Of a stretch of DNA of 64,000 nt, positions 37,284-46,953 are shown one piece after another. The notes beneath the pieces are model-generated. The model did no database searches. It was not told where the DNA came from and saw nothing but the letters and a program-made list of their open reading frames with translations. Position 1 is the first letter of the stretch. Every line of letters starts with the position of its first letter. Made by a program: the position numbers and the translations under genes. The DNA lies in the IMG/VR virus record IMGVR_UViG_3300048438_000153, positions 211,103-275,102 of that record; one strand, given 5' to 3'.

Positions 37284-37934
37284 ATGATACTTGGATTAGA
37301 CCCCTCTCTCCGAAACTTCGGATGGGTTCTCATGGAAGATGACGGCATCTTCTTAGACAAAGGAATGATGTCTACAGAAGCGAGCATGGTCTTCGTTGAG
37401 AGGTATGTCTTTCTCAGAGAAGGTCTGCGAGAAGTCGTTCAGAAAGTACGAGCAGATCACCCTGATAAGACGCTCAGAGTAGGTATCGAGTCACCCATCT
37501 TCAACGACCTTTACTCTGAGGGTATGTACGGACTCTTTCTCTACTCTAACGAAGCTCTCATGCTAGAGAAGTGTGACACGGTGTACTTGTCGCCCAATCA
37601 AGTCAAAGCTCACGCCGCTTCTTTCTTAAATCGACCGAAAGGGTGGAAGATGCAGAAAGGAGACATGGTGGACGCGGTTAAGGAAGCCACTGAGGGTCAG
37701 GGCGCGAAGAGGTGGAATCACCACCAAGCAGACGCTTATTGGGTCGGGCGCACTGCGGGTCGGTTTTGGCAACTGACCGAGGGTACGATCACCCGAGATG
37801 ATCTCTCAGACTTAGAGCGTAGGCAATTCACTGATTATGAGAAATATGTGCGCGGAAAGAAGGCGGGCAAGACCAAAAGGAAAGGCATAACCTACAAGGA
37901 AAACGACAGATATTTCCGTTGGTCTGAAGATTAA
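37284..37934 (+). CDS. ruvC: RuvC-like Holliday junction resolvase
   Basis: MILGLDPSLRNFG, GIESP, PNQVK, ADAY; AAGGAG RBS before ATG 37284. Confidence 0.8.
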   Translation: MILGLDPSLRNFGWVLMEDDGIFLDKGMMSTEASMVFVERYVFLREGLREVVQKVRADHPDKTLRVGIESPIFNDLYSEGMYGLFLYSNEALMLEKCDTVYLSPNQVKAHAASFLNRPKGWKMQKGDMVDAVKEATEGQGAKRWNHHQADAYWVGRTAGRFWQLTEGTITRDDLSDLERRQFTDYEKYVRGKKAGKTKRKGITYKENDRYFRWSED

Positions 37935-37965
37935 GTTTTTTATTCGGTGTGCGCCCTCACGACTC

Positions 37966-37974
37966 TGATATAAG
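37966..37974 (+). promoter_or_regulatory. Putative extended -10 promoter (TGATATAAG) for recA
   Basis: Close match to TGnTATAAT, about 44 nt upstream of the start. Confidence 0.5.
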
Positions 37975-38017
37975 GGTGTGTCACCTTTGATCCCTAAGAG
38001 GAAAGGAAGCCGAGAAC

Positions 38018-39181
38018 ATGGCTAAAGGAAAGAGAAAGACAGATTTAATGGCGGCGGCAAAAGTCGTAGCAGGCGTTTTGAAAGAGGATCATGTTGTTTC
38101 TCTCGACCCAAACAGTCTTAAAGAAAGCAGACCTCACGTTTCAACAGGGTCAGTAGCTCTCGATTATCTCATCGGGGGGAAAGAGAACGAACATGGAGTG
38201 CGCCCATGTCCAGGAATACCGAAAGGAAATATCACAAACCTTTACGGCTTGGCGGGTGCGGGAAAGACTACAATCGCGCTTCAGACTGCCGCTCAGGTGT
38301 GCGCGGAGGGCGGTACTTGTGTTTATATTGATTGGGAGCACGAAGTTGACCATAGATACGCCTCAGTCTTAGGTGTTCCTGTTTCTGACCCCTCCAAGTT
38401 TCTCCTGATTCAGCCTGATACTCTTGAGGCGGGACTGCGCTACATCTTTACCATGACTGATGCGGGAGTAGACCTCATCGTCATCGACTCTGTGGGCGCG
38501 GCTGTTCCGAAAGCCGTCTTTGAAAAGAATGACGATGGCCCTACGCCCGTAGGTCTTAACGCTCGTCTTTGGAGCACCTACCTCCCTAAGATCAAGAGTA
38601 AGATCAAATCCTCTGAGACTGCAATAATAGGCATTTCTCAGCTCCGTGAGTCCATCGGGGGAATGTCCTTCGCAGGCCCTAAGAAGATCCCTCAAGGTGG
38701 TAAGGCTTGGACGTTCTACTCGACCCTTCAGATTATGCTTCGCGTAGTCGGAAAAGAGAAAGGAAAACAGTGGGACGGTATGCAAGGAAAGGTCGTGGAA
38801 ACCGTACTCGGTACTGCGGTGAGGGCGAAGCTCGACAAGTGCAAGGTTTCTGACTCGGCGCACAAGGAAGTTGATTTCTATCTGATGTCGGGAGAAGGTG
38901 TCGATAACGTCCGTACTGTCCTTGAGCTTGGCGTTAAGACAGGCGTGGTAAGCAAGAAGGGATCTTGGTTCTCTTGGACGGGGAGTGAGGGTGAGGTTCG
39001 AGGTCAAGGTCTTAACTCTTTCAAGGATATGCTCACCGACGATCACGTCTCTCAGATTTTCGCTCAAGTTAAGCCGTTCCTCGCTGACCCGAAGAAAGCG
39101 AAGAGCGAAGAAGCGCCGAGCCTTGAGGATCTCGCAAATCTCGGAGGCGATGAGGATGACGATCTTCTAGGGGATTTGTGA
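38018..39181 (+). CDS. recA: RecA recombinase
   Basis: STGSVALD, GLAGAGKTT, YIDWEH, QPD, VIDSV, ISQLRE, GGKA..FY, KKGSWFS. Confidence 0.95.
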   Translation: MAKGKRKTDLMAAAKVVAGVLKEDHVVSLDPNSLKESRPHVSTGSVALDYLIGGKENEHGVRPCPGIPKGNITNLYGLAGAGKTTIALQTAAQVCAEGGTCVYIDWEHEVDHRYASVLGVPVSDPSKFLLIQPDTLEAGLRYIFTMTDAGVDLIVIDSVGAAVPKAVFEKNDDGPTPVGLNARLWSTYLPKIKSKIKSSETAIIGISQLRESIGGMSFAGPKKIPQGGKAWTFYSTLQIMLRVVGKEKGKQWDGMQGKVVETVLGTAVRAKLDKCKVSDSAHKEVDFYLMSGEGVDNVRTVLELGVKTGVVSKKGSWFSWTGSEGEVRGQGLNSFKDMLTDDHVSQIFAQVKPFLADPKKAKSEEAPSLEDLANLGGDEDDDLLGDL

Positions 39182-39438
39182 AAGCGTATTTCTTATTGAT
39201 CCTTCTCATCTTCACGATGATCGTTAATGCGTATAAAGCGAAGCCTGATGAAAAGGTAACTTTGTATGCATGTAGAGACAGCCGTGAGCGCCTTTTTTTC
39301 GTGGGCGAGAAAGAACACTACCGAGACTTTCTGAAGAGAGGTGTATTTTCTAAGTCCTCTTGCAGATCGGCTGATATTAGTGTTCATAAGTGGATGAGCT
39401 TAAGAAGAAGGCGTCGCAAGTTGCCTCACCCACTCTAA
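39178..39438 (+). CDS. Small exported or membrane hypothetical protein
   Basis: Hydrophobic N-terminus; GTGA overlap with recA. Confidence 0.6.
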   Translation: MKAYFLLILLIFTMIVNAYKAKPDEKVTLYACRDSRERLFFVGEKEHYRDFLKRGVFSKSSCRSADISVHKWMSLRRRRRKLPHPL

Positions 39439-39452
39439 GAAAGAGAGAAACC

Positions 39453-40583
39453 ATGAAGATCAAAGTAGAGAACTTTCAGTCTATCAAGAACACAGAGATA
39501 GAGGTTAAAGGACTCACTGTGATCACAGGTGAGAACAGCATCGGAAAGTCGGCTCTCGCTCGCGCTTTCAATGGGGTGTTCACGAATCTTAGAGGTAATG
39601 CTCATGTGAGGAATGGCGAGTCTCATTCTTCTGTGTGCGTCTCCTTTGAAGATGGGAATGAAGTCCTATGGGAGAAGGGCAAGAAGGTCAATCGGTATGT
39701 TGTAAATGGGAAAGAGATCGCTAAGGTTGGATCGGGTGTCCCTGACGAAGTTAAGAGTCTAGGTGTCAGCGGTGTAGAGGTCGATGGGAAAGAGCTGTAC
39801 CCTCAGATCGCGAAGCAGTTTCAAAACATCTTTCTCTTAGACCTCCCTCCAAGCGCACTGTCCTCTGCGCTCTCTGATGTTAATGTGATCCAACAGCTTG
39901 AGAAAGCATCTGCAAAAGCGCGATCAGAAGTCCGAGATATCAAGTCGAGAATGAAGGTCAAGAGAGAAGACCTAACGCAAGCTCAGAGTAACCTCAATGC
40001 CTATGTGGGTTTTGACTACTCCAAAGTCCTTTCTTACGAGCAAGCTGAGCAGAGAAAGAACGAGACTGAGGCTCTTCTTCTTAAAGCGGAGAAGCTCGCA
40101 GAAAAAAGAGCCAAGATCACCTCGATCATCGACGCTCTTTCTGAAGCAGATCGCGTGACTTTACCTAAGCTCGACCAATCGAAGTTCAGTCACCTAGATG
40201 AAGCCGTAACCGCGAGAAGAAAGAAAAACAAGATAGAGAACCTTATCTTAATCATTGAGGTCGGACTCGATAGTTACTCCGCTCCTGTGACTCCAAACGT
40301 GAGAGACACCTCAGAGATAGAGAGGCTAAGGGCTCGAAGGGTCAAGCTCAGTCGCGCAGTAGGGGTGCTTTCCGATATAGCAAAAGCACCTGAGCTGATC
40401 CCGATGGAGGACCACTCTGAGACGATCAATATGCTAGAGAGAAAGAAGAAGCTCGGTTGGGGTATCGTCCTCGTTGAGAAAGAGATTCGGACTCTCGGAA
40501 AGGAAAGAACAATGGTTCAGAAGAAGATTACAGAGGGCATCTGCCCTGTCTGTCTGAGAGAGGGAGACTCATGCCTAAGCTAG
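39453..40583 (+). CDS. sbcC: SbcC/Rad50 N-terminal half (Walker A, coiled coil, zinc hook)
   Basis: MKIKVENFQSI, ITGENSIGKS, QIAKQ, ends at CPVC; no signature motif or Walker B. Confidence 0.85.
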   Translation: MKIKVENFQSIKNTEIEVKGLTVITGENSIGKSALARAFNGVFTNLRGNAHVRNGESHSSVCVSFEDGNEVLWEKGKKVNRYVVNGKEIAKVGSGVPDEVKSLGVSGVEVDGKELYPQIAKQFQNIFLLDLPPSALSSALSDVNVIQQLEKASAKARSEVRDIKSRMKVKREDLTQAQSNLNAYVGFDYSKVLSYEQAEQRKNETEALLLKAEKLAEKRAKITSIIDALSEADRVTLPKLDQSKFSHLDEAVTARRKKNKIENLILIIEVGLDSYSAPVTPNVRDTSEIERLRARRVKLSRAVGVLSDIAKAPELIPMEDHSETINMLERKKKLGWGIVLVEKEIRTLGKERTMVQKKITEGICPVCLREGDSCLS

Positions 40584-41545
40584 TGTGGCGAACAGATGTT
40601 CATATGGGAGATAGGACACCGCGCCGACGCACAGGAGATTGGTGCGCCGATGTGGTTAAGAAACTCAAATGGGTTGGAGAGAAAGCGAAAGAGATAGGAG
40701 CTGACGCTGTGATTGATGGGGGCGATTTCTTCGACGTTAAGTCGCCCGCTAAAAACTCCCACAACCTTGTTAGAAAGAGCTGTGAGACTCACTCAGAATA
40801 CCCCTGTCCTGTCTATGCGCTCGTTGGGAATCATGATGTTAAGTATGGCAACATCGACTACCTACCTGAGCAACCTCTAGGTGTCCTCTTCTCTTCGGGT
40901 GTGTTCAAGCAGTTCGGAGACGAGAAAGAAATAATCTTAGAGGGTGATGGAGTCAAAGTCAGAGTGGTCGGAATCCCTTATCATGGGGTGGAGTATGACT
41001 TCGATAGGCTCTCATCTATCACTAAGAAAGATGAGGACTACTTGCTCGTGGCTTGTCATCTTCTAGCGAGGCGCGGAAAGACAGGCTCGATGTTTGAGGG
41101 TGAGGATATCATCGGGTATGACTTTCTGAACTCCATACAGGGAGTTGATGGTTGGTTCTTTGGTCATTGGCATAAGGATCAGGGCATAAAGACTCTTAAG
41201 AACGGCTCTACAGTAGTCAATGTGGGTTCTTTAACGAGAGGGTCGCTCCACCTAGACGACTTAGATCGGAAGCCTTGTGTAGTAGAGGTTGAAGCCACGA
41301 AAGAAGGGATCAGATTCACGCGCCACAACGTACCCGTGAGGGATACAAAGGATGCTTTTAAGATAGAGGAAGCGGTGAGAGAGAATGAGGACTCAGATCG
41401 CATGATAGAGATTGTTGAGAAGATGAAGGCTGTAGCTACATCAGGTTGGTCGGGCATGACGCTCATTGATAAGGTCAGCGGAATGTCTCTCTCAAATGAA
41501 GTGAGGGAGAAGGTCATATCTTACTTGGAGGAGACAGCGAAATGA
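40571..41545 (+). CDS. sbcD: SbcD/Mre11 metallophosphoesterase nuclease
   Basis: TDVH, GGDFFD, VGNHD, FGHWH, NVGSL. Confidence 0.9.
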   Translation: MPKLVWRTDVHMGDRTPRRRTGDWCADVVKKLKWVGEKAKEIGADAVIDGGDFFDVKSPAKNSHNLVRKSCETHSEYPCPVYALVGNHDVKYGNIDYLPEQPLGVLFSSGVFKQFGDEKEIILEGDGVKVRVVGIPYHGVEYDFDRLSSITKKDEDYLLVACHLLARRGKTGSMFEGEDIIGYDFLNSIQGVDGWFFGHWHKDQGIKTLKNGSTVVNVGSLTRGSLHLDDLDRKPCVVEVEATKEGIRFTRHNVPVRDTKDAFKIEEAVRENEDSDRMIEIVEKMKAVATSGWSGMTLIDKVSGMSLSNEVREKVISYLEETAK

Positions 41546-42384
41546 AGAATCTATTTACTTTCTTAATATTGGTTTCTATCCCTTTGAACGCCCATGCTTT
41601 TGAGAAGAGGCTCGAAGAGTGCAAGGCGAGCTATCAGAGGTTCTTTCCCAAGTGCATCAGCTCCTTTAATCAGAAGAGATGCTTGTGGGAAGGTCTAGAG
41701 GCACTAAGAAATAGTGATGTCTTCAGTTACAAGCCTCAAGACAATGACCCCATTACTGAGGTCAGCAGAGCTCGATACAAGACCACTCGCGAGTATAAGG
41801 TTCGCCTGAAAGCCTTAAAGAGAGACAGGGCAAGCCTACCTCTCAAAACCTTCTGCTTCTTAGAGCCGAATCTAGTTGACTACACCGATGACATCAGAGC
41901 GTGGCGCTATGACAGAAAGAAAAAAAAGCTAAGGGCTTTGCTCAGAGGAGTTAATCAGCAAGTGGACACCGCGTCCTCAGAGTTATCAGGCTTCGTCGCT
42001 ACGAACCTTATGCCTGTAGCAGACCTCGACGAGCCTGTTTTCTTTTCGGTGGGTCGCTTTATTGGAGGCGGTCTTGAAGGACTGTTTCTCACGCACACTA
42101 AGATCTTCTTATTCTTCAAGATCAAGTCGGTACGTCTCAAGTCTCACCCCAACTACGAACACCCTCGCTATTTGTCTAAGAATGAGCTAAAGGAAGAAGC
42201 ACTACGGGTGGGCATCTCTGTCAAAGAGATGAGAGACTTTCTTGGGAAAGAACACAGCCCCACTACGAAGCACATTGAAGTCAGAGTAACTGACCTCCTC
42301 CTATGTGAAGATCTGTACCACTCAGACCAAGACTGCTTTGATCCTTTCCCACTCCTAGTCAGCTCAAGAGGGAGGATTTACTGA
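41542..42384 (+). CDS. Hypothetical protein with signal peptide
   Basis: MKNLFTFLILVSIPLNAHA; ATGA overlap with sbcD. Confidence 0.7.
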   Translation: MKNLFTFLILVSIPLNAHAFEKRLEECKASYQRFFPKCISSFNQKRCLWEGLEALRNSDVFSYKPQDNDPITEVSRARYKTTREYKVRLKALKRDRASLPLKTFCFLEPNLVDYTDDIRAWRYDRKKKKLRALLRGVNQQVDTASSELSGFVATNLMPVADLDEPVFFSVGRFIGGGLEGLFLTHTKIFLFFKIKSVRLKSHPNYEHPRYLSKNELKEEALRVGISVKEMRDFLGKEHSPTTKHIEVRVTDLLLCEDLYHSDQDCFDPFPLLVSSRGRIY

Positions 42385-42445
42385 TCTGTCTTACCTTGTT
42401 CCGATATGAGTAGTCCTAGATTCGGTATTGTAGGAGGTAACAGAT

Positions 42446-43429
42446 TTGAATCAGGACGACGAGATGAAGAACCTATATTGGTCACACGTTAAGATGATGA
42501 GGGAATGTCCTCAGAAGTTCCTTTGGCATAAGGGTCACCCACTCCATGATCTCGGAGCTGGACAAGGAAAGCGAAAGCCACTCCCCCCTGAAGATCAGAG
42601 ACAGTCTGAGCATCACCTATTGATGGGTAGTGTGCTTTCTAAGGTGGTTGAAGACCTTTATAACCATGAGCTTTGGAAAGAACCTAAGAATCTCCCTCAA
42701 AAGGTTGAGGAGATCGCTCGGAAAGAGTTCGTTTTTGAGGAACAGAGGCGCTACTGTCTGTGGACGTACATGACGCGAGAAGACTGCATCGACATCTGCG
42801 TGAAAGGTGCGCTCAACTACCTCAGAATAATGAAAGAGAACCGCTTGCTCGGAGTGTGGAACAAGTCAGAGCTTAAGATGACACCCTCAGTGAACAAGTA
42901 TTTCAATGCGTCAGGGATCGCGGATCTTGTGTATCGAGACAAACAAGATCAAATCCATATTCTTGATGGAAAGAACGCCTCAACGCCAGGGAAATATGAG
43001 GATGAGGATCAGCTCAGGTGGTATGCGCTCTGTTTCCGTTTACAGTATGGTCAGATGCCTCATCGTCTCGGTTTCTTTTACTTTCGATATCCTTCAGACA
43101 ATCCACCTGGAAACCTCAGCCACGTTGATGAGAAATACAGAGAGGATTGGACAGGGTTCATTGAGGTAGACTGCGATATCAGCGACATTAAGAGACTCGC
43201 GAAAGAAGCGGTAGAGACAAGCAAGGCGATCCACAGAGGTGTGTTCGAGCCCAACCCTGTCCCGAAGCACTGCACAATGTGTGTCTACGAGTCTGTATGC
43301 GAAGAGCGCCAAGCCCAAAAGCAAAGAAACGCAGCCAAGAGAGGGTTAAGAAGAACAAGCACACCCGACCCACTTAAAGACAGGGGAGAAACAGGATTCT
43401 TAGATCTGTCTTTTGGTGTGAAAAAATAA
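42446..43429 (+). CDS. PD-(D/E)XK nuclease, AddB/Cas4-like with four Cys
   Basis: ECP..., GIADLV..ILDGK, QLRWYA, HCTMCVYESVC; AGGAGG RBS before TTG. Confidence 0.85.
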   Translation: MNQDDEMKNLYWSHVKMMRECPQKFLWHKGHPLHDLGAGQGKRKPLPPEDQRQSEHHLLMGSVLSKVVEDLYNHELWKEPKNLPQKVEEIARKEFVFEEQRRYCLWTYMTREDCIDICVKGALNYLRIMKENRLLGVWNKSELKMTPSVNKYFNASGIADLVYRDKQDQIHILDGKNASTPGKYEDEDQLRWYALCFRLQYGQMPHRLGFFYFRYPSDNPPGNLSHVDEKYREDWTGFIEVDCDISDIKRLAKEAVETSKAIHRGVFEPNPVPKHCTMCVYESVCEERQAQKQRNAAKRGLRRTSTPDPLKDRGETGFLDLSFGVKK

Positions 43430-43449
43430 GCTCAGCCCTCCTTATTTTC

Positions 43450-43458
43450 TGATATATC
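43450..43458 (+). promoter_or_regulatory. Putative extended -10 promoter (TGATATATC)
   Basis: Upstream of the 43493-47608 operon. Confidence 0.45.
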
Positions 43459-43492
43459 CTAGCTCCCCTAATCTCGGAGAAAGGAAAGACTT

Positions 43493-43765
43493 ATGTCTGA
43501 ACCTACAGTCCAAGACCTAGTAGAAAGACGAGACGAAATCGAGAGCCGTAAAGCCAAACTCAGCGGTAAGCTAGAGTCTGCCAAATCTGCTCTCGGAGAG
43601 ATCGACACTCGCCTTTCTGAAATGGGTCTTGACCCCTCAGACCTAGACGCTGAAATAGAGCGCCTGAGATCAGAGCGCGACCTCGCACTCGCTAAATTTA
43701 AACAAGAGCTTGAAGAAGCTGAAGAAATCATCACCACCATAGAAGACAGGATTAGAAACCTATGA
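43493..43765 (+). CDS. Coiled-coil protein
   Basis: Heptad-rich 90-aa ORF. Confidence 0.75.
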   Translation: MSEPTVQDLVERRDEIESRKAKLSGKLESAKSALGEIDTRLSEMGLDPSDLDAEIERLRSERDLALAKFKQELEEAEEIITTIEDRIRNL

Positions 43766-45021
43766 TGAAGATATCTAAGAATGACTTGAAGGAAACTCTT
43801 TCAATCGCACAGGCGACGCTCGGAAGCGGGCCTGACATCACCTCACATTTCTTATTTGAAAGCGTGAGTGGCGAAGTTTTCGTTTCTGCGTGTAACCCAC
43901 CGCGCATTTACTCCTCTATTCCGCTCAAGGGAGCAAAAGTCGATGAGGTTGAGAATGACGATGGTGAGACAGAGAGCGCCTTTCAAGCATTTACTATTGA
44001 AGGTAAGCGCGTGCTTCAAGCGATTGATGCAGTAGAAGGTCTTCTTTCTATCTCTATTTCAGAGGGTCAGGTTTCTATCGTCTCCGACAAGGGAACTGTC
44101 GATCTGTCTAGTCTCGATCCTACAGTGTTTCCCCCTTGGAGAGATATGCTCAAGGACGCTCAGAAGCAGTCTGAAGTCCCTTCAGGTGTGCTCCATGACA
44201 CTCTCCTCATCTCTAAGCCTTTCGCGTCTACCGATGAGGCTCGACGCCCTGAGCTCGCTCAGGTCTACGTCAAAGATGGTATGGCTTTCTCGTGTGATGG
44301 GTTTGGTCTTTCTATGGCTAAGTCTGAGGGCTTCAAAGACCTAGAAGTCAAGTTCCACCTCAAGGACGTGTCTCCCGCAGTCAAGTTCTTAAAGGCTCAT
44401 GAGGGTCACTCTGTTGAGGTTTCTAAGTCAGACAAGGCAGTGTTTCTCAAAGCTGAGGACGGGGCAATCTTCGGTCTTATGGATGTACCATTTGATATGC
44501 CTACAGTTATCACTCAGAAATACATGGATGCGTTTGATTGGACACCTCGCCGTGTATGGCGTATTAAGAAGGCTGACTTCTCCAACGCGCTTAAGTTTCT
44601 TTCTTCGGGCGCTGATGGTTCCAACATGAAAGTAAAGCTCATTGACGCGGAGGCCGAGACTCTTTCTCCCCCTCGCCTAGAGATGGATGCCTACAACGGA
44701 CGCAGTGTAATCTCGTATAACCTCGACCCTGTTAGTCTGAGCGTGGAGCTTACAGATGACTTTGACCTCAACACGATTGAAGACATCGAGGAGCGCCTGT
44801 ATGCCTCACGTCTGCTTGAGGATAAGAAAGGCGAGACAGAGGGAGAGGACATTGACTCTTTCCACTTTAATCTGAGCTACATGAAGCGAAGCCTAGATGT
44901 GACTTCCGATATAATCACATTCGGCTGTAACCGAGAGGGAGAGAAGCGCGGTTATATGCTCTTCAAGCAATCGACCTCTAGCGGTGTCGAAATCGTGTCA
45001 ATCTTAGGTTGGATGTTATAA
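43762..45021 (+). CDS. dnaN: DNA polymerase III beta sliding clamp-like protein
   Basis: MKISKNDLKETL..., L...DP..FPP, ASTDEARRPELAQV, SCDGFGLS (ATDGHRL-like), FNLSYM. Confidence 0.7.
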   Translation: MMKISKNDLKETLSIAQATLGSGPDITSHFLFESVSGEVFVSACNPPRIYSSIPLKGAKVDEVENDDGETESAFQAFTIEGKRVLQAIDAVEGLLSISISEGQVSIVSDKGTVDLSSLDPTVFPPWRDMLKDAQKQSEVPSGVLHDTLLISKPFASTDEARRPELAQVYVKDGMAFSCDGFGLSMAKSEGFKDLEVKFHLKDVSPAVKFLKAHEGHSVEVSKSDKAVFLKAEDGAIFGLMDVPFDMPTVITQKYMDAFDWTPRRVWRIKKADFSNALKFLSSGADGSNMKVKLIDAEAETLSPPRLEMDAYNGRSVISYNLDPVSLSVELTDDFDLNTIEDIEERLYASRLLEDKKGETEGEDIDSFHFNLSYMKRSLDVTSDIITFGCNREGEKRGYMLFKQSTSSGVEIVSILGWML

Positions 45022-45025
45022 GCTA

Positions 45026-45643
45026 ATGTATACACTCAAGGAACGCTTTCTTAAGGTAAAGACCCTTCAAGAAACAGAGCAGAAGAAAGTCAATAACCTC
45101 GATCTTGAGATCGCGATCCTTGAGTCAGACTTAGATGTCAAACAACAAGCACAGGGAGTGCTTGACCTCCTCGCAGAGAAAGAAGTCGAGGAGGGTGTTA
45201 AGACGTATATCGCACTACTTGATGAGGGGTTGAAAGCAATCTTCCCTGAGCAAGATATCAGTCAGGTAGCTGAGATCACAAAGATCAGAGGAAAAGTCTC
45301 TGTCCGTCTTAAAACGGTCGTTAAGGGCAAGGATGGTATCGAAGTAGAGGGAGAGGGGCTTGACACATTTGGAGGCGCTGTGAGTACAGTACAGAGCCTC
45401 CTGTTGCGCGTCTCGCTCTTACTTAAGAGAGGTCTTAGACCTGTCCTCGTTCTCGATGAGACTTTCCCCGCCGTAGATGAGAATCGCGTGGAACTCCTCG
45501 TCGATTTCTTAAAGGCTCTATGTTCAAGATTGGACATGGATATATTATGTGTTTCCCACAACACCTCTCTAGCCGATAGTGCTGACCGATCATACAAGGT
45601 CAAAGCTACGAAAAACGGAGCGGTGTTCACCGAGATGAGTTGA
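45026..45643 (+). CDS. SbcC/Rad50 C-terminal half (signature, Walker B, H-loop)
   Basis: FGGAVSTVQSLLLR, LVLDETF, ILCVSH, ADRSYKV. Confidence 0.85.
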   Translation: MYTLKERFLKVKTLQETEQKKVNNLDLEIAILESDLDVKQQAQGVLDLLAEKEVEEGVKTYIALLDEGLKAIFPEQDISQVAEITKIRGKVSVRLKTVVKGKDGIEVEGEGLDTFGGAVSTVQSLLLRVSLLLKRGLRPVLVLDETFPAVDENRVELLVDFLKALCSRLDMDILCVSHNTSLADSADRSYKVKATKNGAVFTEMS

Positions 45644-45646
45644 GCT

Positions 45647-46081
45647 ATGAAATCTGAAGGAAAGATCAAACACAAGCTCAAGCAAGTGAAACACCGCATC
45701 ACTCAGAAAGAGATGCGGAAAGCTACCTCAAAGAAGCCCTGTAACTGTAAGCACAGTGGTGTCGTGAGAGGTAGTGCTTCCGAACCTCTTTTCCATGTGT
45801 GCCTCATGGATTCAGATAAACCCGATGAGTGGGAGGGGATGATCTGTGACGCGAGCGTTCCGAACACCTGTCCGTTCTTTCAACCTAGAAAGAGCAAGGG
45901 TGAAGTTCAGGCAGAGGTCGATGAACTCTTAAATAGTGGTGACATGGGTATCATAGCATCGAAGTATCCTGATATCGCTGCCCTTCTTTGGGTTCTCGCG
46001 GGTGTTGACATAAACTCTGAAGAAAGAAATGAAGATGATGAACCCTCAGATCCTAGAGATCATACAGATGAAGAAAGATAA
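45647..46081 (+). CDS. Cys-rich hypothetical protein
   Basis: PCNCKH...C...ICD...CPFF. Confidence 0.7.
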   Translation: MKSEGKIKHKLKQVKHRITQKEMRKATSKKPCNCKHSGVVRGSASEPLFHVCLMDSDKPDEWEGMICDASVPNTCPFFQPRKSKGEVQAEVDELLNSGDMGIIASKYPDIAALLWVLAGVDINSEERNEDDEPSDPRDHTDEER

Positions 46082-46505
46082 GACTCCCCTCATGCTCGAA
46101 ATGCCTGTGCCTGAAAAGTCTTTCCCTTACCTCGTGGGAAACCCCAAAGAAGGGTCTGATCTTCTTAAGTGGGTAGAAGCACCTTCAGTCAGAGGTACGA
46201 TTCTTTCTTGGGGGATTGAGTGCTCCGTAGAGGATATTCTTTCAGAGATGGAGCGCATGATAAAAAATCGAGGAACTGAAGAGCAGTGGGGCATCATTCA
46301 GATATGTAGTAACACAGCGGGGCAAAGGATGCTTTCTCTAGGTATCTCTGAAACCCGAAAAGTTGGCAACGCTGTCGTACCTAAAAACCCTAGCTTACTA
46401 GGGTGCATCATTATCATCGGGGGAAAGAAATACCCCCTCATCCATAACCCATCGAGAGGTATCACCTACCTCTCAGAAAATCAGGAGAGCCATCACAATG
46501 GATAG
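46029..46505 (+). CDS. Hypothetical protein
   Basis: 158-aa ORF in the operon. Confidence 0.65.
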   Translation: MKMMNPQILEIIQMKKDKTPLMLEMPVPEKSFPYLVGNPKEGSDLLKWVEAPSVRGTILSWGIECSVEDILSEMERMIKNRGTEEQWGIIQICSNTAGQRMLSLGISETRKVGNAVVPKNPSLLGCIIIIGGKKYPLIHNPSRGITYLSENQESHHNG

Positions 46506-46953
46506 ATGGAAAGCGGGCGATCAAGTCCAAGAGCAAATCAGAAATCTTATCGGTCAAGCACACCCTCATCTCGTAGATATCTGCGACGACATCATCGTGA
46601 TCTTCAAAGAGAAAGCGTCCCGAAAGGGCGGTCAGCCCGTACTCGGTAAGACCTCCAAAGCACCTTCCCTTATTTCTCTTCTCGGTGAGCGCGAGTATCA
46701 GTTCGTGATTGAGCTTGCCGCTGACACTTGGAATCAGCTTGACGACGTTCAGAAAAACTCCCTCCTCGACCATCAGCTCTGCTTTATCGGAGGCGAGGAA
46801 GATCAGAAGTCGGGCGAGATGAAATATCACCTCACGACTCCTGATATCTCTTATTTCTCTTCTGAGGTTGAGCGTAACGGACATTGGCGTCCCGACCTCT
46901 CAGAGAAAGACGAAGAGAGCGAAGACGAGGGTCTGTTAGAGGATCTTGTATGA
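46498..46953 (+). CDS. Phage metallopeptidase-like protein, probably inactive
   Basis: VLGKTSK..FVIELAADTWNQL..LLDHQLCF (HExxH altered)...PD..F..VER.G.W. Confidence 0.7.
   Translation: MDRWKAGDQVQEQIRNLIGQAHPHLVDICDDIIVIFKEKASRKGGQPVLGKTSKAPSLISLLGEREYQFVIELAADTWNQLDDVQKNSLLDHQLCFIGGEEDQKSGEMKYHLTTPDISYFSSEVERNGHWRPDLSEKDEESEDEGLLEDLV

Noticed and set aside
42446-43429. Cas4 as part of a CRISPR system
   Set aside because: Stand-alone 4-Cys PD-(D/E)XK nucleases are common in phage recombination modules; no array or cas1/cas2 is present.
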